From assembly GCA_030295235.1 (NCBI GenBank), contig AP026150.1:558001-622000 (forward strand): a stretch of DNA of 64,000 bases. The letters run 5' to 3'. The position numbers and the translations under genes were made by a program. Below, piece by piece: positions 1-12,695 of the stretch (its first letter is position 1; every line of letters begins with the position of its first letter). The stretch is from Fistulifera solaris. Taxonomy: Eukaryota. The notes beneath the pieces are model-generated. The model did not search any database, was not told where the DNA came from, and saw only the letters and a list, made by a program, of their open reading frames with translations.

Positions 1-32
1 GCGTTGGGACAAAAAAAGAGACACGAAGAAGA

Positions 33-2035
33 ATGTTATTGCGACAAGATAAAAATTACTTTGCGGCCAAAGTAATTGCTTCGGTAGCGTGTTGTTTAAT
101 CGTTTTGGTGATCATTTTGACCGCAGGATTTGGTTCCGGGGCCTTTCGAAAAGACGAACAAAGCAGTGCCGTAGCTCCTCCGCCGACGATGCCGATAACC
201 ATTGCACCGACCGTGTCCCCACCCGCCGAAACCCCGGTGGCACCTTCCGTGGACAACAACAATTCCACGGTCAATCGCCCTTCGGTATTGCAAGATCTCT
301 TACGGTCATCCAGTTATAATCCCGACGCGTTCACTGATGTTCAGAGCGCCGAATCACTGGCAGCCAATTGGCTCATTGTCTCGGATCCATTGCAATTGGA
401 TCCAACGAAAGATCAATTTCGTATTCAACAAAGATACGCCTTGTTGACTCAGTATTTTGCTGCCGATGGCTCGTGGAGCAATGAAGAAGGCTGGTTGACA
501 GCGGAAGATGAATGCACTTGGTACGGTGTCCAGTGTGCCCAGGATGCTGGAGGCACTCGGAATGCCGTCGTTGCGATCAATTTCGCCGTCAACAATGTTG
601 GCACGATTACACCGGATATTGCCATGTTGACGAATGTGACAACATTGAACCTGACGGGTAATCCTTGGGAGGGTGGTTTCCCTACAGCTATCACGAATAT
701 GCCACAGCTCCGCAGTCTCGACTTGGAAAACTTGGGTCTCACGGACGACATATCGTCCGTGGATTTCTCCGTGTTTTCCAACATGGAAGTGCTTCGCTTG
801 CGAGGAAACTTTTACAGGGAACATTAAATTCGTTTTACTCCATGATCAATCTCGTGGAAGTGCAAGCCTCCGGTGGCAACAATCTTACTCTGGCAATCAA
901 CTCGAGTATTGCCAATTTGGCAAAATTGCAAATTTTGAATCTGAATGGATGTTCCATTACCGGCGGATTGGTGGCGGAATTGGGTGCGCTGACCGCCTTG
1001 ACCACCATCGACCTCGGGCGGGCGGCACCGTCTAACACAGTCGGTTTGACGGGGCCCATTCCAGCCAGTATTAATCAACTGACACAACTCACCACACTCG
1101 ACTTGTCCAGTAATCTATTGACGGGAGCGATTCCGGACATGACAGGCGTACCCTTACAGATCCTGCGTCTGAGTAACAATAATTTTGGCCAAGCTGCGAT
1201 TCCGGATTCGATTTACACTTTGACAGGTCTCGTTGACTTGAATATGGCCAATTGCAAGCTTATTGGTAGTATTGGCACCGGCATCGGTAGTTTAACATCA
1301 CTCCGAATATTGGCGCTTGATGCAAACTTTCTCAGTGGTGCTCTACCGGACGCAATGGACCAACTGCTGCAACTGCAAAGCTTGACTTTGCGCTTGAACA
1401 TGTTCGAAACGGCTATACCCGCTTCTTGGACAAGTCTTGTCAATCTTCAAATACTTGACCTACAGAACAGCAGAATCACTGGGCCTATTCCCAGCACTGT
1501 GGGCAGCATGGCAAGTCTGCGTGAACTACGCTTGTCCGAAAATCGAATCACCGGTGCGATTCCTGGTTCGCTCACGCAGCTGGTGTTGTTGGAGGAATTG
1601 GAGCTGCATACGAATGCACTGACAGGTGGAATTCCATTCGATATTGGGTCTCTCGTCAATCTCCGCATTTTAAGACTTCATGACAACACTCGCGCCGTGA
1701 TTCCTGGTTCCGGGCTGGTGGGCCAACTCCCTACGTCGCTCGGCAGCTTGACCAACTTGCTCGAGTTTGAAATCTATGACAATTTCATGAGCGGTCCACT
1801 GCCGTGGGAGATGGGAAGTCTAGTAAAGCTTCAGCTTTTGGATGTTGAATTCAATCTATTCACTGGTTTGGTACCCGATTCTTTTGCGGGACTGTCGTCT
1901 CTGCAAAGTTTTTATCTTTCAGGAAACAACTTTACCGCCGGCGCCCTACTACCCGAGTCTCTATGTTCCATTCCGAATCTGGACTTGGTATCCGACTGCG
2001 ACGTGACGAATTCCTGTAGTCGATGTCCCAGCTAA
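33..2035 (+). CDS. Membrane-anchored leucine-rich-repeat (receptor-like, L-domain) protein
   Basis: N-terminal TM helix, Pro/Thr linker, QRYAL...W...ECTWYGVQC cap, then many plant-type LxxLxxLxLxxNxLxGxIP repeats. ORFs 33..827 and 665..2035 join via a frameshift near 810-820. The true start may lie upstream of the window. Confidence 0.88.
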
Positions 2036-2663
2036 TCTCCTTATTTCTGCAAAAGTATTTGTACCATCTCTTGTAATGCATCCTGGAAAGCTTCTGATTC
2101 CAGCACAATTTGTTTTCAATTCCATTAATAATGCTAATCAATGCGCGCAGTAAGAACACACTATTTAGAAATTAAGCTCGAGTCGACCATAGAATGAATA
2201 GTGTTATCTGAAGGTCTGGGTTTGGTTGTGTTAAATGTATACCTTTCTCTGAATCTAAAAGATTGCGGACAAAAAGTAGCCAACAAATTTTGGTATTCCT
2301 TGCCGCTGCTGTGAAATGGTAAAAAAAGTTTCACATTGCTAGGTCAATCATCTGGGCATTATGGATGGATTTTGTACAGTGATATGTATAGTCAACACTT
2401 TGGTCCTGTACGAAATGAGCAATGAGTGTACAACATCAAATAAATAGATCTAGACATGAGCTCATGAACATTTGATTGTCAATATTGTAGGTATTAGGAT
2501 ATCATATCAATTGACAGCCAAAAAAATGCACCAGTCTGTACATGTGTTTGTCACAGCTTTCTCACGTGCTTACCACTTTAGTTGCATCAGAATCTGACAA
2601 GACAAGCCATTTAAAAGGCAATGCAAGTTGGTGAAACAAGTAGAGCAAATACATTCTCATTTG

Positions 2664-3906
2664 TCAGCCCTTGAATAAGCCAGGCATTTCAACCTCATCT
2701 TCCTCTGCCTCACTCTCATCTGCATTACCGACAACGTAACCTTCTGACGTTGGCGCGTTGCGGGCTTCCTGTAACCGATTGTTGAAGTAGCCAACGACAA
2801 TTGCCAGCAGCATCAGTCCCAAGAAGGGCTGATAGGCTAACCAAGTAATGGCAATCACCACCACTTCAATCATGAGGGCAATTGGGAGCATGACGCAAGG
2901 GTCTGCAGTACCAATAATAACACGCACCAAGGGGATGCAGGTGCCAACAAAAAGAAAAGGGTTGCGCCAGGATAAGCAGAGCGGAAAAGGTAATCAGGAT
3001 TCCGACCATTCGATTCTTCCATGCTTGGAAAATGATAGTCCCCTGAGCATTATCGTACATATCAAACGCAGACAAGCTCCCGCGCTCAAAGAGCAGTATG
3101 GGATAGCCAGACCGAAAGGTTTGATATGGTGCCAATGTGTTTCCCACTTGAGCAGCAATGATGGAAACTGTTTGCGGCGAAGTTACTATTTGATAAGTAA
3201 TTCGTAGATCTCCAACTTGAGGAGATGAGGGATCATCTCCATAGTAGAATCCGTTTGAACCATACACCTGCATTCGATTGCGTATTGTTTCATTTGGAAT
3301 ATGTTCAACACTCACACCCTCTTCCATATCCTCAAACCAATTGAACTTTTGAATGATTGCATCGTTATTGCTTAGAACATAGGCTCCTAGTTGAATTGGC
3401 GTTGCTACAAACTGCTCGGATGTAAAGAGCATAGCGGTAGGGTTTTCATGGCCCTCAGGATCATGAAACTCATCCGATGGGTGCAACATTGTCTGCCATC
3501 CCTGAGTGTAGGTGAATACTGTGCCTCCTGCATCATTGCTTGAAGAAGACACCTCTTCGATCCATTGATACATTTCCACATGGCGCGCTAACCGAAGCGC
3601 TTGCGAGGGTGTGACACCCAAAACAATGTCATGAGCCGACTTTATGGCCACTGCATCTCCTGTGATATGCACCGGTGTTCCTTCCCGACTAGGATCTATT
3701 TCATTCATCATGGTAACTCCAAAAGAGACAGTATGTCGTTTTCCTGAATCAAGAGATTGATGTTGCGCAACAACATTTACTTCATTCCATATCAGTAGAC
3801 ATAGTGCGGACACCAGAACAAGCATCCCCGCCCCTGCTCGGACCGCAAAGATCAGAGCTTGATTTCCAAATGACTGGTGCACGCTGCCGGGAAACATACG
3901 CGCCAT
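2664..3906 (-). CDS. TMEM43 / DUF1625 family membrane protein
   Basis: LIWNE, LARHVEMYQWIE, GHENP, PQVGDLRI, VSIIAAQ and C-terminal IAITWLAYQP segments resemble TMEM43. Frameshift in the A-run near 2950. Confidence 0.8.
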
Positions 3907-4839
3907 TTGACAGGATAAGCTGCGACGTGTCTTTAAAGCCTATATATACAAGTAAGAAAGAGATTGTGACGGAGACGGAATGAAAACACTTCTTGCCTCG
4001 ACACTTTTTTTTTTCTCCTTTCGGCGCCTTTTTGCGTTGTTTTCTGTGATAAAAAGATTCAAACCGGTACTCATCTGCAGCCGACGACTCTCTCGGGACT
4101 GACTAAGACTCGGGATCTGTCTCATCACGAATGAACTCAAAGTAGCTAATGTTGTGCAACAAGACTTGCTTTTTAAAGATCATTGTCATCCTCCAGAAAT
4201 CAGACCAAGGCATAGATTTTATCTTATTTCTTTTGCCATCTGTCTTAGGCGGTAAAATAGAGGATCATGAATTGGAACTGAAAGACAAACAAACCACAAT
4301 TCTGAAAATCCCCATCTCATATAATCTTCCACGGCTGGATTCTTCAAACGAAATACAGGATAAGCTGAGTTCTTGAGTTGAACATTACAAACCTATAACC
4401 TGCAGCATTATATGGGAAATGCCGGCATTCTGTCCGTAATTCCGCTTTTGCGTGACGCGGAACGATACTCGTGACTGACTCCACACCTATGCCGCTTTGG
4501 ACAGTTTCCAGAATTATTGCCCGTCACGAACACGCAACAACTTTTGGATGCAGTCTAAGGTGCGCAGTATAAGTAACATAGTCCTAATTTTTTCATTTGC
4601 GTTTGCGCATTTTTTATTGCGCTGCTTGCGCGGCGGCACACTGTTGCCGCGTTTCTTCGTCGTCCGTTCCGTTGCCTCATCACAATGACCTACGCATTAT
4701 TTCCTTTCACAAACAAGAACCGTACCTGATAGTTAGTTAGTTTTGAAAGCTACAACAGCAGACTACGGAGTATTTGACTGTGCTGTTACGGTTTCCCATT
4801 TGTTTTTTGAATATCAAGATTTCGTTTTAAAGAAGGAGA

Positions 4840-7047
4840 ATGAAAATTCTTATTCGTCTTTTTATTTTGACAGCTCTTCTTTCGATCTCGTTCGCCGTCG
4901 AGCCGAAAAAGCTTCCTTCCTCGACGATTCTCAAGCAGGCTGGTTTAAAGGAAAATACTATTAAAAAGATCGAGACCGGAAAGCGATTGAATCGTACGGA
5001 ACGAAAAGAAATCAAAGATGCCGAGAAAGCCCGCTACATTGAACTCCGCAATGCCGGAGCCGATGAAGTCAGCAACACGGAAGAATCGATCGCTTTGCGC
5101 AATTACAAATTGAAGAATAAGAAGCGTAAGGGCCTCATTCGTAAGCGAGAAGCTACTTTGGCCGATATCTTGTTTCCGGGTGTTGCCGCGCAAGATTACG
5201 TCGTCGGAGAGCCCATTGCGGTCTACACGGACGTCGTCGAATCGCGGAAACGCCCGGTTCCCTATGACTATTATGACTTGCCCGGTTGCTCGCCTCCGAT
5301 TGAGCCGGAATTTCGCAAAAGGTCCGCATGCGCAAAAATCTTGGAATGCGTTTGCAAGGCCGTGATCTCAAGGTCGCGCCTTTTGATTTCCGGGTCAAGA
5401 AGAACATGGGGTGCACTCCCATGTGCTCGCACACTTTGGACTCCAAGAAGATGCGCTGGATGCGTCGGCTCATTGCCGCGCAGTATCGAGTGCAATTGGA
5501 GTTGGATCAACTTCCGGTTCTCATGCGCAGTAAGGATTACAACTACGCCGTCCGCGGTTACCCCCTCGGTTTCATCGCACCCGAAAACTTTCACGGTTTG
5601 CGTCCGGGCGAGTATTATCTTTTAATCATTTGCGCTTTGTTGTAACGTACCACGAAGATCCGGCGGAATTCACGGGTGTCCGTATTACAGGATTTGATGT
5701 ACATCCCGTGTCGGTCAAGCACCAATTTGCGGAAGGACAAGTCCCCGATGTGACCGGTGGGCGGCAAGTGCCTCCGCTGACGACTTGCAACGGTCTCGTC
5801 GACAACGACCCGGCCATGTACTTGGAATTGAAAACACAGGGAAGTGGATTACGAGTAGTGTATTCCTATGAAGTCGAATGGATCGAGTCCGAGTTGCCCT
5901 GGAGTGATCGTTGGGATGTATATTTGATTGGAACACCGGACGACGAGCTGCATTACTTCAGCATCGTCAACTCGTTGATGATTGTTCTTTTTCTGACAGG
6001 AGCCATCAGTACCATCATGATTCGGACGCTCAAGAAAGACATTGCAACTTACAGTGAGATGGACGCACTAGAAGATGGCATGGAAGAGACCGGTTGGAAG
6101 TTGGTCCACGGAGATGTGTTCCGCCCGCCACAATTTAACCCCATGCTTTTGTGTGTGCTGGTGGGAAATGGTGGACAGATTGGCGCCGCATTTGGTCTAA
6201 GTATGCTGGCGGGTGTTCTCAAAATGCTCAATCCCATGCAGAAGGGTCAAACTTTGACGTGTCTTATTATTCTTTACGTCTTGTGCGGAAGCGTGTCGGG
6301 ATACACCAGTGCTCGCTTGTACAAGTACATGGATGGAAAACGTTGGAAAATAAACATCATTTTGACTGCTGTGGGATTACCCGGAATTCTCGTGTCGATC
6401 TTCATTTTTCTGAATATCTGGTTGAGCTTCGCTGGGGCCGCCACTGCTGTCAGCATTTTCACTATCATCAAGCTATTTCTTCTGTGGGCGCTCGTTTCCA
6501 CACCGCTTGTTTTCCTTGGAGGTTTTATTGGATTCAAGGTCGATCGAATTGAAGTCCCTTGCAAGGTCAATCAGATTGCTCGGGTAGTACCTTTGGTACC
6601 GTGGCACGTGCAATCACACGCCACTTTTTCATGGGTGGTATCTTGCCGTTTGGAAGTGTTTGCATCGAATTGGCCTTCATCATGAGCGCCTTGTGGCTTC
6701 ACCAGATCTATTACGTCTTGGGTTTCCTGCTTATTGTTTGGCTCATTCTAGTCGCAACATGCGCTCAAGTCTCTATAGTCCTCACCTATTTACAACTATG
6801 TGCTGAAGATCACCGCTGGTGGTGGAACTCGTTCCTGCAATGTTCTTCTGCGGGTTTATACCTTTTCCTTTACAGCTTATACTTTTTGGTCAGCCGTCTG
6901 GAAATGGTTGGAGTGCTGCCGGTCGTTATATATTTGACCTACATGGGCATGATTAGTTTGTGTTTTGGTTTGGTTTGCGGCAGCGTGGGATTTTTATCCG
7001 CATTCTGGTTCACCAAAACGATCTATTCGGCAGTCAAGATCGATTAA
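4840..7047 (+). CDS. Nonaspanin / transmembrane 9 superfamily (EMP70) protein
   Basis: Signal peptide, PYDYYDLP, WSDRWDVYL, LHYFSIVNS, EETGWKLVHGDVFRPP, GGILPFG, EDHRWWW and C-terminal IYSAVKID. Homopolymer frameshifts near 5320, 5623 and 6628. Confidence 0.95.
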
Positions 7048-7328
7048 AACAAGCACTTAATATTACTTAATGAAACATATTTGTTCCGGCGATGCTATCT
7101 GATTTTCCTAATCCCTAAACAAATCATTGTGTGCTTAGAACCTTTCGAGGAAATGTGTCGTGTGAGAAACTCACCCATCGGAAGCGAGAGTGAAGAAGCG
7201 CTGCAATGTGCAGTAGCAATGAATTGGCCTACCATGCGAAATCTTATTTGTTTAGCCAATTCTCTTCGTGATAGCTGCTGTTGCACGATTCATGATAATT
7301 TAAAGTCAGTCCATTCCGCGGCTAAAGG

Positions 7329-9177
7329 CTAATTTGATTGTCTGTCGGAGACTTCCCTTTCTTCCTCCGTGTGTGGCTCGACGCGTTCAGGATTCCTTTG
7401 CTTTTGTTTAAATAAGGCAATGCGTTGCAAAAGAGAAAGATTTTCAGTTCGAGAGGATGCTGCAGCGGTACTACAGCCGGTCGTCGAGCTTATGTCTTCA
7501 TCGCATATAACGTGTGTTTCGTTCGGTTGCTGCTGTTCCAATTTTAGTTGCTCCAACAACTCTTCTTCTCGACAAACTTGCTCATTCTGCTCCAAAATAA
7601 TCTGTGCGACTTGCTCTTGTGTCCATATTCTTTCTCGCTGATTGAATAAAGTCAAATAGCGATGCAGCTCCTCGTCTAAACTCGATGTATTCGGAATACG
7701 ATTTTTGTTCGATACAAGTTCCTCATAGATGACACGAAGCTGCTGCGCTTGGTCACAGGGACTTCCGGATCGAATGGCCTGTATTGTACTCTTAACATTC
7801 CTCGCTTCTAATACCATTAAAGTAGCTGACATAGCACCACCCGCAAATCGCATCGCTCGTGCTCCACGCATGAGATTCATAGATGTTCGTGTCATCCACC
7901 GAGCTCCTTGACTTCCGGCTTGACTGCTCATTTCAGCACTCACCGCCGTACATCGCCCCAAGGAAGTCAATCCAGCAGCACTGAGCATGACACTTTTCTT
8001 TTGGTCAAGTGCTTGCTGGAACTCGGGGTCCGAAAAATGACTATACGCACTTGGATCGTCCTGGTAGAAATCCGACCGCACGTGCTCGCGCATCATCGCA
8101 TCGCGCAGTATTCCCGTAATGTGCAAAATATTCCACAACATGCTGTGCAGTGCCAGAATGCGTTTGGCCAGTTGTTGTGGTTCCGAATAATAATGCATCG
8201 CATCCGAACCGGTTTGAACCGCCGTGGATCCTCCTCCAAACAAAAGACTCGCCACGAGTAACGGTGGACCAACGGGTGTCAAAATGGTCGCTGCCGCCGC
8301 AATCCCCAATGCCCCCGATACTATTCCTACACTGGAACTGCCCAAGCCAATTTTGTTTAGGAGTTGCTTGGAGTGCTCCAATTGTTCCGCAACAGTGGGA
8401 ATGTACTGTGACGAGTAGGTCAATAACAGGACGACTCGGTCATATATATCCAATAAATGATCCAAAGATTGCTTTCGCTGGTCGTGATGCGGCTCTGTCA
8501 AAAAATCAATGACAAATTGCAACCCAAACAAGTGTTGACATTCGAGACAGACTGTTACACCTTCTGCCGAAAAGTCGGGAGATGCATGTTGTTTACAGAC
8601 GGGAGTTCCACAAATGAGACAGGAAGGTGATTTCGGTCGCTTCCATTCACTGTGAATGAACTTGGAAATACGCGGAAAGCGACTTGTTGTTGTTGTTGTT
8701 GCTGTTGTCGTATCTGTAGATGCTGATGGAACTATTTCCTTTTCGTTGTAATCTTTCGTTTCATCGTCATCTTTTTGTTTTTCTACCACTGTTGGCTCGA
8801 CTGACGATGATCCTCTTATGCTGACACAGTCTTTGACTGTTTTTTTCTTGCTGTTGCTGCTGCTGCTGCAATTGCAACGCCCATTTTGAAAGACGAGGAA
8901 AGCGCGCCACATTCGAAGTGCCGAATTTCTCGGAAAGTAAACATGTCGTACAACAGGCATCGTCATACAATACGCCATTCGCATTGCATTGCAACTCCAA
9001 ATTCAGTTTACGCATAGTTTCGAGTGCTTCATAAGCGCTGTTGATGTCCTGCGTCTCGTTAGTACGATTGTCGGTGTTAATGCGATTCGATGATGATGAT
9101 GATAAGGAAGTCATAACATCGTCCTCATCATGATCATGCTGCTCCTGTCGCTGCTGCTGGGTATCGCTTGTCGTCAT
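7329..9177 (-). CDS. Protein with FYVE-like zinc finger and apolipoprotein-L-like helical/TM region
   Basis: ORF 8767..9177 joins 7329..8984 at the T-run near 8840-8846. Cys pattern CTTC...CLICGTPVCKQH...CLEC, followed by a hydrophobic hairpin GSSSVGIVSGALGIAAAATILTPVGPPLLVASLLFGGG. Confidence 0.6.
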
Positions 9178-9226
9178 TTTCGATGCTTGATTTTGTAGAG
9201 TTAGAAAGAATGCCTACGTGACGAGA

Positions 9227-9246
9227 ATATATATATATATATATAT
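9227..9246. repeat. (TA)n microsatellite
   Basis: About 10 TA units visible directly upstream of the 7329..9177 gene. Confidence 0.9.
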
Positions 9247-9682
9247 TGCTTGCCCTGCTATGAAAATAACGAAGGAATGATCATGCTCTTATGGCTTCCG
9301 AATGAATGGAAACTACCAGGTATTATTGCGCGAGGAGGACGATGAGTCGTGATTGCGTGGAGGCATGTTGTATGTCCGGGTGCACCCACGTCGATAAATT
9401 TCACTACGAGAGCTACGTGAAATAACGTAGACATTCGAAGCCAGCGCTGCATCTAATGAATCTAGTTTTAAGTAATGATGCCATTTCGATGTCGATTATC
9501 GTTCATTGTCATGAAAGAATCATGCCCATGCCGGAGAAAGCGACAATGGTGTCCATGCACAATAGAGCACAAAATTTGGTAGAGCAAATCGTTTTGGATC
9601 TTCACTCTATATCCGGGTACCCCCACTTCGATCGTCCATTCGTTTTTTATTTATTTATTTCGTCGTTTCGACACATCATCAC

Positions 9683-9737
9683 ATTCATTCATTTCATTTC
9701 ATTTTAATTTATTTCATTTCATTTCATTTCATTTCAT
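9683..9737. repeat. (ATTTC)n imperfect pentanucleotide microsatellite
   Basis: Repeated atttc units just upstream of the ATG at 9756. Confidence 0.85.
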
Positions 9738-9755
9738 AGTCTAACAATACTTCGT

Positions 9756-11435
9756 ATGATGAAACGTCGCCGTGTTCATCAAAGACTTCTCTTCTTCGTT
9801 ATATTGTGTTGTTGTGTTGTTCTGCATCATGCCTTTCTTCTACAGAAGCTATCACAACAACATTCACAAAGCAGTCTTTTGGGGAGACAAACGCCGATGA
9901 CAGCGACAGCCGATCAAGGGAAAGATACTTCCATTATGAACTCATTTCTTACAGAATTACAAGCCTCAATTCAACAACAAACTTTCTCATCCATTACACT
10001 CTATGGACCCTCCAAGACGACTTTGAAAAAGATTACCGATAACGAAAAAACCCGTGGTTGTTTAATTCGTATCACCGGCCGTCTGATTCAAAGCAAATAT
10101 AGTAGTAAAAACGGCAACAAAAAGACTACTTGTCCTTCAACTCAATGTCAAGTCACTTACAAGTATCATTTGGCGACCGACATTGTCAAGAATTGGCCTT
10201 TATCGAGTGTGCCACAATCGATTCAATCCTTATTGCTATGGACGACTTCTACGTCGAAAAGTGACAGCGACGGCAACAAAAGTTCTCTTCTTCTCGATCC
10301 AAGTGTTGTCGTCCCGTCGGAATGGGGGACTCCGACACCGCAACAATCGCAACTCAGATTACATACCGCCACGTTGGAAACTACAACCGCACGATATCAA
10401 TTGGATTTGCGAACCAATACTTTATCGCGTCACGAAATCACCAGCACTGCTGCAACCCATACTCCGCAACCGCACGATCGCTCCAAAGCCGTACCCGTGT
10501 CTACCGAGGCACCCATGTGGCAAGCTTTGGGTATATTGAATGAGCAAGGCAAACCGCGTCTCAACATGGCTTCCAAATACAAACAATGTCAAACCTTTGT
10601 ACAATTGTTGGCGCAGCGTATACCGTTCGGGTCCGAAACGTCATCTTCGACGATGCCGAAGAAGATTTTGGTGACGGACATGGGTTGTGGAAGAGGTTAT
10701 TTGACATTTGCCTTGCATCATTACCTGTCGGAACAGCAAGAAAAACACGACGGTTCATTTACTGTGCATTCTGTCGGAATGGATGTTCGACCCAAGTTAG
10801 TTCAAGAAATTCAAGGCATTGCGGATGGTTTGGGACCACCGTTTGATACGTTGCAGTTCATGACGAGCACGATTGAAGATTATACCTCCACCATGAGAAC
10901 ATCTGACCACGGTGAAGACTATCAGATTTTGATGGCGTTGCACGCGTGTGATACCGCCACTGACGATGCTTTGTGGGCAGGAATTCAACAAGAAATGGAT
11001 TTATTGGTGGTCGCACCCTGTTGTCATCGACAAATTCGACCTCAATTGGACTCGTATCATGCACAACAAAAGCAACACGCTCTGTCGGATGTGTGGCAAT
11101 ACAATATTTATCGGGAACGACACGCGGAAAGTGTGACGGATACCTTGCGGGCTTTGTTGTTGGAATGGGCTGGCTATCAAGTGCAAGTCTTTGAATTCAT
11201 TGGTGGTGAACATACGAGCAAGAATGTCATGATCACGGCAGTACGGACTACTGCGGCTACTAGAAGGAAGAATGCTGGTGAGTTGGAGCAACGCATTCAA
11301 TCCTTGGCATCGTTTCATGGAATTCATCAGCACACACTGGCGCAGCATTTGGGCTTAGCGTTACAACTAGTACCTGGACAAGACGTTAACAACGAGACGG
11401 TGAAGAAACGATCGAAATATGGATTGCCGCAATAA
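9756..11435 (+). CDS. SAM-dependent methyltransferase (Methyltransf_32-like) with N-terminal signal peptide
   Basis: Motifs PHDRSK, KYKQ, DMGCGRGYLTF, ALHACDTATDDAL, APCCH, DTLRALLLE and FEFIGGEHTSKNVMI. Intronless intact ORF. Confidence 0.85.
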   Translation: MMKRRRVHQRLLFFVILCCCVVLHHAFLLQKLSQQHSQSSLLGRQTPMTATADQGKDTSIMNSFLTELQASIQQQTFSSITLYGPSKTTLKKITDNEKTRGCLIRITGRLIQSKYSSKNGNKKTTCPSTQCQVTYKYHLATDIVKNWPLSSVPQSIQSLLLWTTSTSKSDSDGNKSSLLLDPSVVVPSEWGTPTPQQSQLRLHTATLETTTARYQLDLRTNTLSRHEITSTAATHTPQPHDRSKAVPVSTEAPMWQALGILNEQGKPRLNMASKYKQCQTFVQLLAQRIPFGSETSSSTMPKKILVTDMGCGRGYLTFALHHYLSEQQEKHDGSFTVHSVGMDVRPKLVQEIQGIADGLGPPFDTLQFMTSTIEDYTSTMRTSDHGEDYQILMALHACDTATDDALWAGIQQEMDLLVVAPCCHRQIRPQLDSYHAQQKQHALSDVWQYNIYRERHAESVTDTLRALLLEWAGYQVQVFEFIGGEHTSKNVMITAVRTTAATRRKNAGELEQRIQSLASFHGIHQHTLAQHLGLALQLVPGQDVNNETVKKRSKYGLPQ

Positions 11436-11617
11436 AATGCGAGCTGTAGCAATAATTCTAACGCACGTAATTTCAATCATGCTGGCTCGACTCGATATTT
11501 ATCAATACGAATACGTTACGCACTACAATCTGGTTCCTCCCAGTCATGACGAAATAAACGTGGTTCATTCCCTTCTCTTCCTCTGTTGAAAGACCTCACT
11601 GTTGACGCTTTTTTCCT

Positions 11618-12061
11618 CTATTGCTCGACGACAACCGGGGCAAAGTACTGCGGAAATTTGGCTTGCACCATCAACATGCGATTGTATGTCTCCAAATCCG
11701 TATCGGTCGATAATTCTCGAGTCACAAAAAAGCTGAAAGGGGAGAAAGGTAGATAGAATGAAGCAAAAAAAAGTGAGCGGAAAGAAACGAAGCCCATTGC
11801 AGTTTTCATTCGACGCACCGCAACTTCTTGAGGACTATTGACCTGCCCAATGACTTCAACAACCATTTCCGAAGACAAATCAATCGGTAAATCACCATGT
11901 TCGGTCGACAAATGAATCATTCCTCCGTCGGCGCATTGCATTTGTACGATACTACCGACCGGACTCGCAATCTTGCCGACGACGCTCACAATCATGTCAA
12001 CGTGTTGACCGAGTGTAGCCGCGTTGACGCGGGGATAATAGCCGTCCGGTTGTGCTGCCAT
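11618..12061 (-). CDS. RPA3: Replication protein A 14 kDa subunit
   Basis: PRVNA...VSVVGK...ADGG...VVEVIG...DLETYN OB-fold pattern. A likely intron at about 11733..11818 is read through by the ORF track; exact boundaries are uncertain. Confidence 0.8.
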   Translation of the reverse strand: MAAQPDGYYPRVNAATLGQHVDMIVSVVGKIASPVGSIVQMQCADGGMIHLSTEHGDLPIDLSSEMVVEVIGQVNSPQEVAVRRMKTAMGFVSFRSLFFASFYLPFSPFSFFVTRELSTDTDLETYNRMLMVQAKFPQYFAPVVVEQ

Positions 12062-12695
12062 TTTGTTGTTAGTGCGCTGTTGTGTTTTAAACGCCGTTAG
12101 AATCAGCTTCGAGGAGAAGTGAAGGAATGCAGCACAACAATAGAGGCGCCCGTCATTTGTTTTTTGCCACCAATAACGAATAAGGGCGCCAAAAAGGAAG
12201 CGGAGCTGAGGCTATTTCTCTATACACAAATAGTGTTCCATGTTTTGACTATAGCAAATTCTTACCACTTTGTCAACATGACTCCAATTATTAGCAGTCT
12301 TGAGGGGCACGTTATCATAAGCTTAGCTCTAATCTTAATCGATGGAATCTGATTGGTGCCTTCGAGCCGCATTGTGCATTGTGCATTGTGTTTCTATGAA
12401 ATCAAACTTGAAGATGATCAACATCCAAACACGATTACACACTATGTTGCTGTCGTGCTGGCTAGTCACGGTTGTAGTAGGGTGATTGATTCTTCTCAAA
12501 CACTAGAAACCTCCCACACTTCATCGCAAAGTTCCGTCATCAAGAGGCTAGACATGCGTTTTATTTCGTCCATGAAAATCACGACGACAGCAACTTTTCA
12601 TGTCTAATTCCATGACAAAATGATGCACGAGTCGAGACCTTTCAGCCCAGCAGTACCTTCTATAAAGTACATCGTAGCTCGATTCTTGAGTTGCT

